Source: Vitrella brassicaformis CCMP3155
Taxonomy: Eukaryota > Protista > Chromerida
Direction of reading: 5' to 3'
Length of the DNA: 64,000 bases
NCBI GenBank assembly: GCA_001179505.1
Contig: CDMY01000635.1
Span: 124,001 to 188,000 of the forward strand
Every line of letters starts with the position of its first letter. Position 1 is the stretch's first letter. The notes under the pieces were generated by a model, which saw only the letters and a list, made by a program, of their open reading frames with translations, was not told the origin of the DNA and ran no database searches. The translations under genes and the position numbers were made by a program. Below are positions 59,980 through 64,000 of this stretch, piece by piece.

Positions 59980-60050
59980 TTCTGCGAGGCAAGGGAGATC
60001 AGCACGGCTGTGATCTTTGACTTTTCGGCGACATACGTAGCATCCGCGGC

Positions 60051-61398
60051 ATGTGCGTTGCGCCGATCCTGTTTGCAGCTGTGTTGGTGGTGTATGTGGT
60101 TGAATGTGTGAAGGTGTATCCGCGTTTCGAGGAGCAGTACTTCGTGCGTCGGGGCGCCAGCAGAAACACCTTCTTCCACTACCCAGTGAGGCAGGGAACC
60201 GTACCTTGCTACTGCGTCCAGGTCACTCACTCACATTAATTGCATTCACATGCACCGGATGGATGACTTATGCAATGCACTTGTCGGTCGGTCGCCGATT
60301 GACTGTCTTGTCTGACATGCTATGCTGTGCTATGCTATGGTATGCTGACCAGACGCCGGCCAAGGAGTACACGTTCATTCTGTCGTCGGGCCCGCTGTTC
60401 CGGTCCACACTGTCCAACCGGAATGCCTCATGGTCATGCACCACCAAGGGCGGCGGCAAGACCGTGTGCGCCTTCGTGACGACGCAGCGAGTGGTGGACC
60501 GTCCTGTGTGTGTGGAGGGCATGAGGACTGTGGGTGCGTCCAGCCGGGGCAGTGTGGTGGTCGAGTCGCTCGAGTCGCCCTTCATATTCGCCATGCGGAC
60601 CAGGCAGGAGGAGGACAGGCTGCCCCACAACAAATGCGTCACGGGGCAGATGAGCTTCATGACACGCCTGGTATGCTATGCGATCAAGGAAGCGAGTCTG
60701 CTCTGCGTGGATGTGATGTCATGTGATGTGATGTGACGTGATGTGTAACCACCGCAGACGGGTCGGTTTGGGTGGGAGCGGCAGACGTTTACATATGAGA
60801 TGGAGTACGAGGCATCCGACAGGGAGAAAGCCGACACAGCCAAACAACAGGAATACGTAAGTAAAAGCCAAACGGACAGACGGACATGGCATGGCGCACA
60901 CAGCCCAGTGGAGCACAGCAGCCTGACACACTGGACTGTGTGCCTGACCTGACTGGTCGGTTGATGCGATGCGATGCCTGCAGGTGACTAAGTTCTACTG
61001 GCTGTTGAATCGGCTGCTCAAGGACGACGTCGTGGTGGTGCTCGATGGCTACACATTCGACGGACACGACTCATGGCGAATACAGGTGGGTGGGTAGATG
61101 CATCGATGACCCAACACAACCACCCAACACCCAACACGAGGGATGCCCTCCCTACCCTCATTCTCTCCCCCCCTCCCACCGTCAGATCACCTACTATGCG
61201 CCGATGCGTGGCGTCGGCCGGGGCTTTGCTAAGCGTGTGAGCAGGTCGCCGCGTCAGGTGTTTGCGGCCGTGCTGCGCAAAACACGGCCGTCCCGCAGGA
61301 GGCGGAGGAAGCCACGGGGCGGGCCGACGGCATCGTATGACATTGTCGAGGCACTTGTGCAGCCGATGGGCGAGGCGGCAGCGCCGCTGGAGGGGTGA
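60051..61398 (+). CDS. Hypothetical secreted/membrane protein (about 4 exons)
   Basis: Signal-like MCVAPILFAAVLVVYVVEC. Exons 60051-~60185, ~60352-60668, ~60982-61085 and ~61186-61398 have GT-AG borders. No family recognised. Confidence 0.55.
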
Positions 61399-62695
61399 AT
61401 ATGCCATAATTGATGCGTGACGTGACGTGACGTGACGTTTCGTGTGGTGTACATAGCTTAGTCAGACAGAGAGAGCTGCGACTTCTTCGATCGTATATAT
61501 ATAGATAAACTTCATGATGGCTGCACAGACAGACAGAGAATTCGCTGATCAGATTGATGTGTAGAGAGTGAGTGTAGGTAGGGTGGTAGCAATTGGTTGG
61601 TGTGCATTGTATGCGCGTAGAGACAGACAGACATACAAACAGGCTTGTTTGATGCTATGCACGCAGTAGCTATAGCTGTCAACCAACCAATATCAGCGGT
61701 TCGGGAACGTGCACCCTGGGGTGCTGTGCTGTGGGGCGCTTTGGCATTTCCAGCTAGCTGGGGGTGTGGGTGGGTGCACTGCACTGCATCAGTAGCCAGC
61801 CCATCGGCAGTGTTGGAACAACCAGGCGTACGGTGCCCGTTGACTACTCCTGCAGCTCACCAGGGAGGGCCCCTGACGTTCATCAGAACAGACAACATCC
61901 ATCCGGTCTCCATGCCTATCTGCCTATCTGCCTGCCTGCCTGAGGACACGAAGGAAAAATCTACGACCGACCCTTGGAATGACTAAGTAAGTACTGAATC
62001 ACACCCCCGCCTGACTTACACCACACCAGCCCCAATGCCATCTATCCCTACAGATGAGGTGAGGTCTGCCAGGTTCATTCCCTACTGAGCAGGAGCCGTC
62101 CCGCGTCCATCCATCCATCCATCCATGACACACGCGAATTACCTCCTCTCGCCATGTCCAAGTTTCTCGTGCCGCTCTCAGGACACGCAGCACCACCACA
62201 CAACACAACACGACACAAAAAAATCACTTCGGCAGCCTGAGGCTTGTCTCTCCACCACCGGACGCCTGCCTCTCTCTCTCTCTCTCTCTCGCTGTGTGTG
62301 ATTCAGAATCCTTGATCAAGACACATTGCAGGAGGCGGAAAAAGGTCCGGTGTGTGGAGAGAGGTGCACTGAGCGCCGCCTCTCTGACACCGCACCACAC
62401 CACACCACATGATGCATAGCACACAGGTGCACACATGGACCCACAGACAGACAGACAGACAGACAGACAGGTGCGGTGCACGTACGATAAAACCCCAAAC
62501 ACACACACATCCATACATACGGCTCACGCGCACGCAGTCATCCGTCCGTTGATGAAAACAACAACAGCAACACAATACATAGCTAGCTAGCTAGGGTAGA
62601 CAGACGTTGTCAGTCAGCGCAGCCCTTCGGGCAGCCGGTCGGTCATCGATCGGATCGGTGGGTGTTGAGTGTCCGTGTGTCTCTCCGTTGAGTGT

Positions 62696-64000
62696 CTATC
62701 CCAGGACGAGTTTCTTGAGTTTGACGAGGATGTTGTCGTCCTCTGGGAACGACACACCCAACTCACTGAAAGTAGGACACACACACACACACACAGAGAG
62801 ACAGAGAGAGAGGGTGCCGCTGCGAGTCGGGTTGGCATTTCTGTTCCCTACGTGAGTTTCTTGAATGCCCGTGCAAAGTCTTTGAAGAATCTGTCCTCAT
62901 CCTTGGCGTACACCTCCACCCACCTCTTGAACTCCTTGTCCTATAGAAACACACACACACACACCACCCAGTGGTTTGAACAGTGTCTGAGGGAGCCTGG
63001 CTGGCTGGCTGGCTGCCTGTTTGTGTGTGTACGTCAGTTGCTACCTGTATGAGAGCGATGTCACTTGGGAGCATCATGAGCTCGCCCGTCGGATCCTCAT
63101 ACTACAGCCGACACAACACAACACGACACAACACAGCGGATTCATCCTCACTCTTGTAGGTGGGTCCGCGTCGGTCAGTGTCCGGGTGAGCACGAAAAGG
63201 CGTACGTACCTGAAGTGGTCCGGTCCATTTCTTGCCCTCGTGCGTCTTCTTGGGCGACCACTTCTCCTCCATCAACAGCCTAAACCACACAAACATACGC
63301 ACCCTCTGTGCAATCAGGACTGCCCAGGACGGTGTCCAAGAATTCACTACTCTTCCGTACCGGAAGTATTCGTTAGAGAATGTGGTGGGTGCTCGTGTCC
63401 AGGGCCCCCAATAGCCGCTGCGGTCCGTGTGGCAGCGGCCCAACGCATGAGCACCAGACAGAGCTACCATCTCCTGATCGTTGAACCCCATACGACCAAA
63501 TATGTCCCTGCACACAACACAACACATGCACGCACCCATACACACGTCATGTCATGTCATGTCATGCCATGCCCCCTCTCTGCCTGAGTGGAGTGTGTGT
63601 GGTCGGTACGGTAATGTACCTACCTGATGTGTTGGCAGGTGGAGTTGGGCTGTCCCTTGTCAGCGTCCGGCAGGCGGCCGTTGGGCGGCACTGTGGATGC
63701 GTCGGGTGCGTCGGTGCGGCCGGGTCTGAACTCGATGGAAGGGCCGCCCATCTCCTCTATCGCCGTCACGCCAGCGAAGATCCACAGGTCAGCCAACGAC
63801 ACGTTGGGGTACTTGTCCTTTATCGGAGCCAACATCTGACAGACACAGATGCCATGCCATGCCATCCACAACACCCGCGTCGGTATCCTATCCTATCTCT
63901 CTGTGTCTGTCTGTTCACTCTGTGTTTGTCACGTACGTTTCTGGCGATGTGGAGGCCTGCGTTGGCCCCGTCGGTCGACTCGGGGGTGAAACGCATCGTA
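62696..64000 (-). CDS. Class I heme peroxidase, cytochrome c peroxidase-like (5' part outside the window)
   Basis: [15 protein letters not shown]; [28 protein letters not shown]; GRLPDA; proximal His [12 protein letters not shown]; SGYWGPWT (Trp191 equivalent); LMMLPSD; [13 protein letters not shown]|ELGV. Confidence 0.93.

Noticed and set aside
1-64000. CRISPR arrays, rRNA/tRNA genes, transposase/RT/integrase ORFs
   Set aside because: None recognised. The repeats seen are intronic microsatellites or coding low-complexity tracts (poly-Q, RD repeats).

Overview
Gene-dense, intron-rich, GC-rich eukaryotic DNA. Short GT-AG introns are full of (CA)n, (GTCT)n and (GGAT)n microsatellites, and there are four 300-N assembly gaps. 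Sequence style and gene content point to a chromerid alveolate, most like Vitrella brassicaformis (inference). By splicing exons by hand I find about 19 protein-coding genes and two disrupted genes. They include CCDC103, an ERdj5-like DnaJ-thioredoxin-KDEL protein, RAD51C, a BMT5/DUF2431-like protein with an RGG tail, a plastid-type RRM protein, ADAT3 and a CCCH zinc-finger protein. Further along are a ~2000-aa USP10-like deubiquitinase, a Moonraker-like protein, a divergent cyclin, a MATH+MA3 protein, a PAO-like Rieske oxygenase, PUS10, U2AF65, an OPR/HPR helical-repeat protein, RagC/D, a secreted hypothetical protein and a partial cytochrome c peroxidase. No rRNA, tRNA, CRISPR array or recognisable transposase was seen. 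Main observations: (1) most genes are head-to-head pairs, and a YGCGAGCTT motif lies 56-92 nt upstream of seven start codons in the sense orientation; (2) an otherwise phase-consistent five-exon gene carries an in-frame TAG at 7755-7757, next to a frameshifted BTB gene containing a perfect 15-bp hairpin; (3) an unusual MATH+MA3 domain fusion; (4) a hidden cyclin and a Moonraker-like C-terminus; (5) a PAO-like enzyme without a plastid leader. Family calls come from motif recognition, not database searches.
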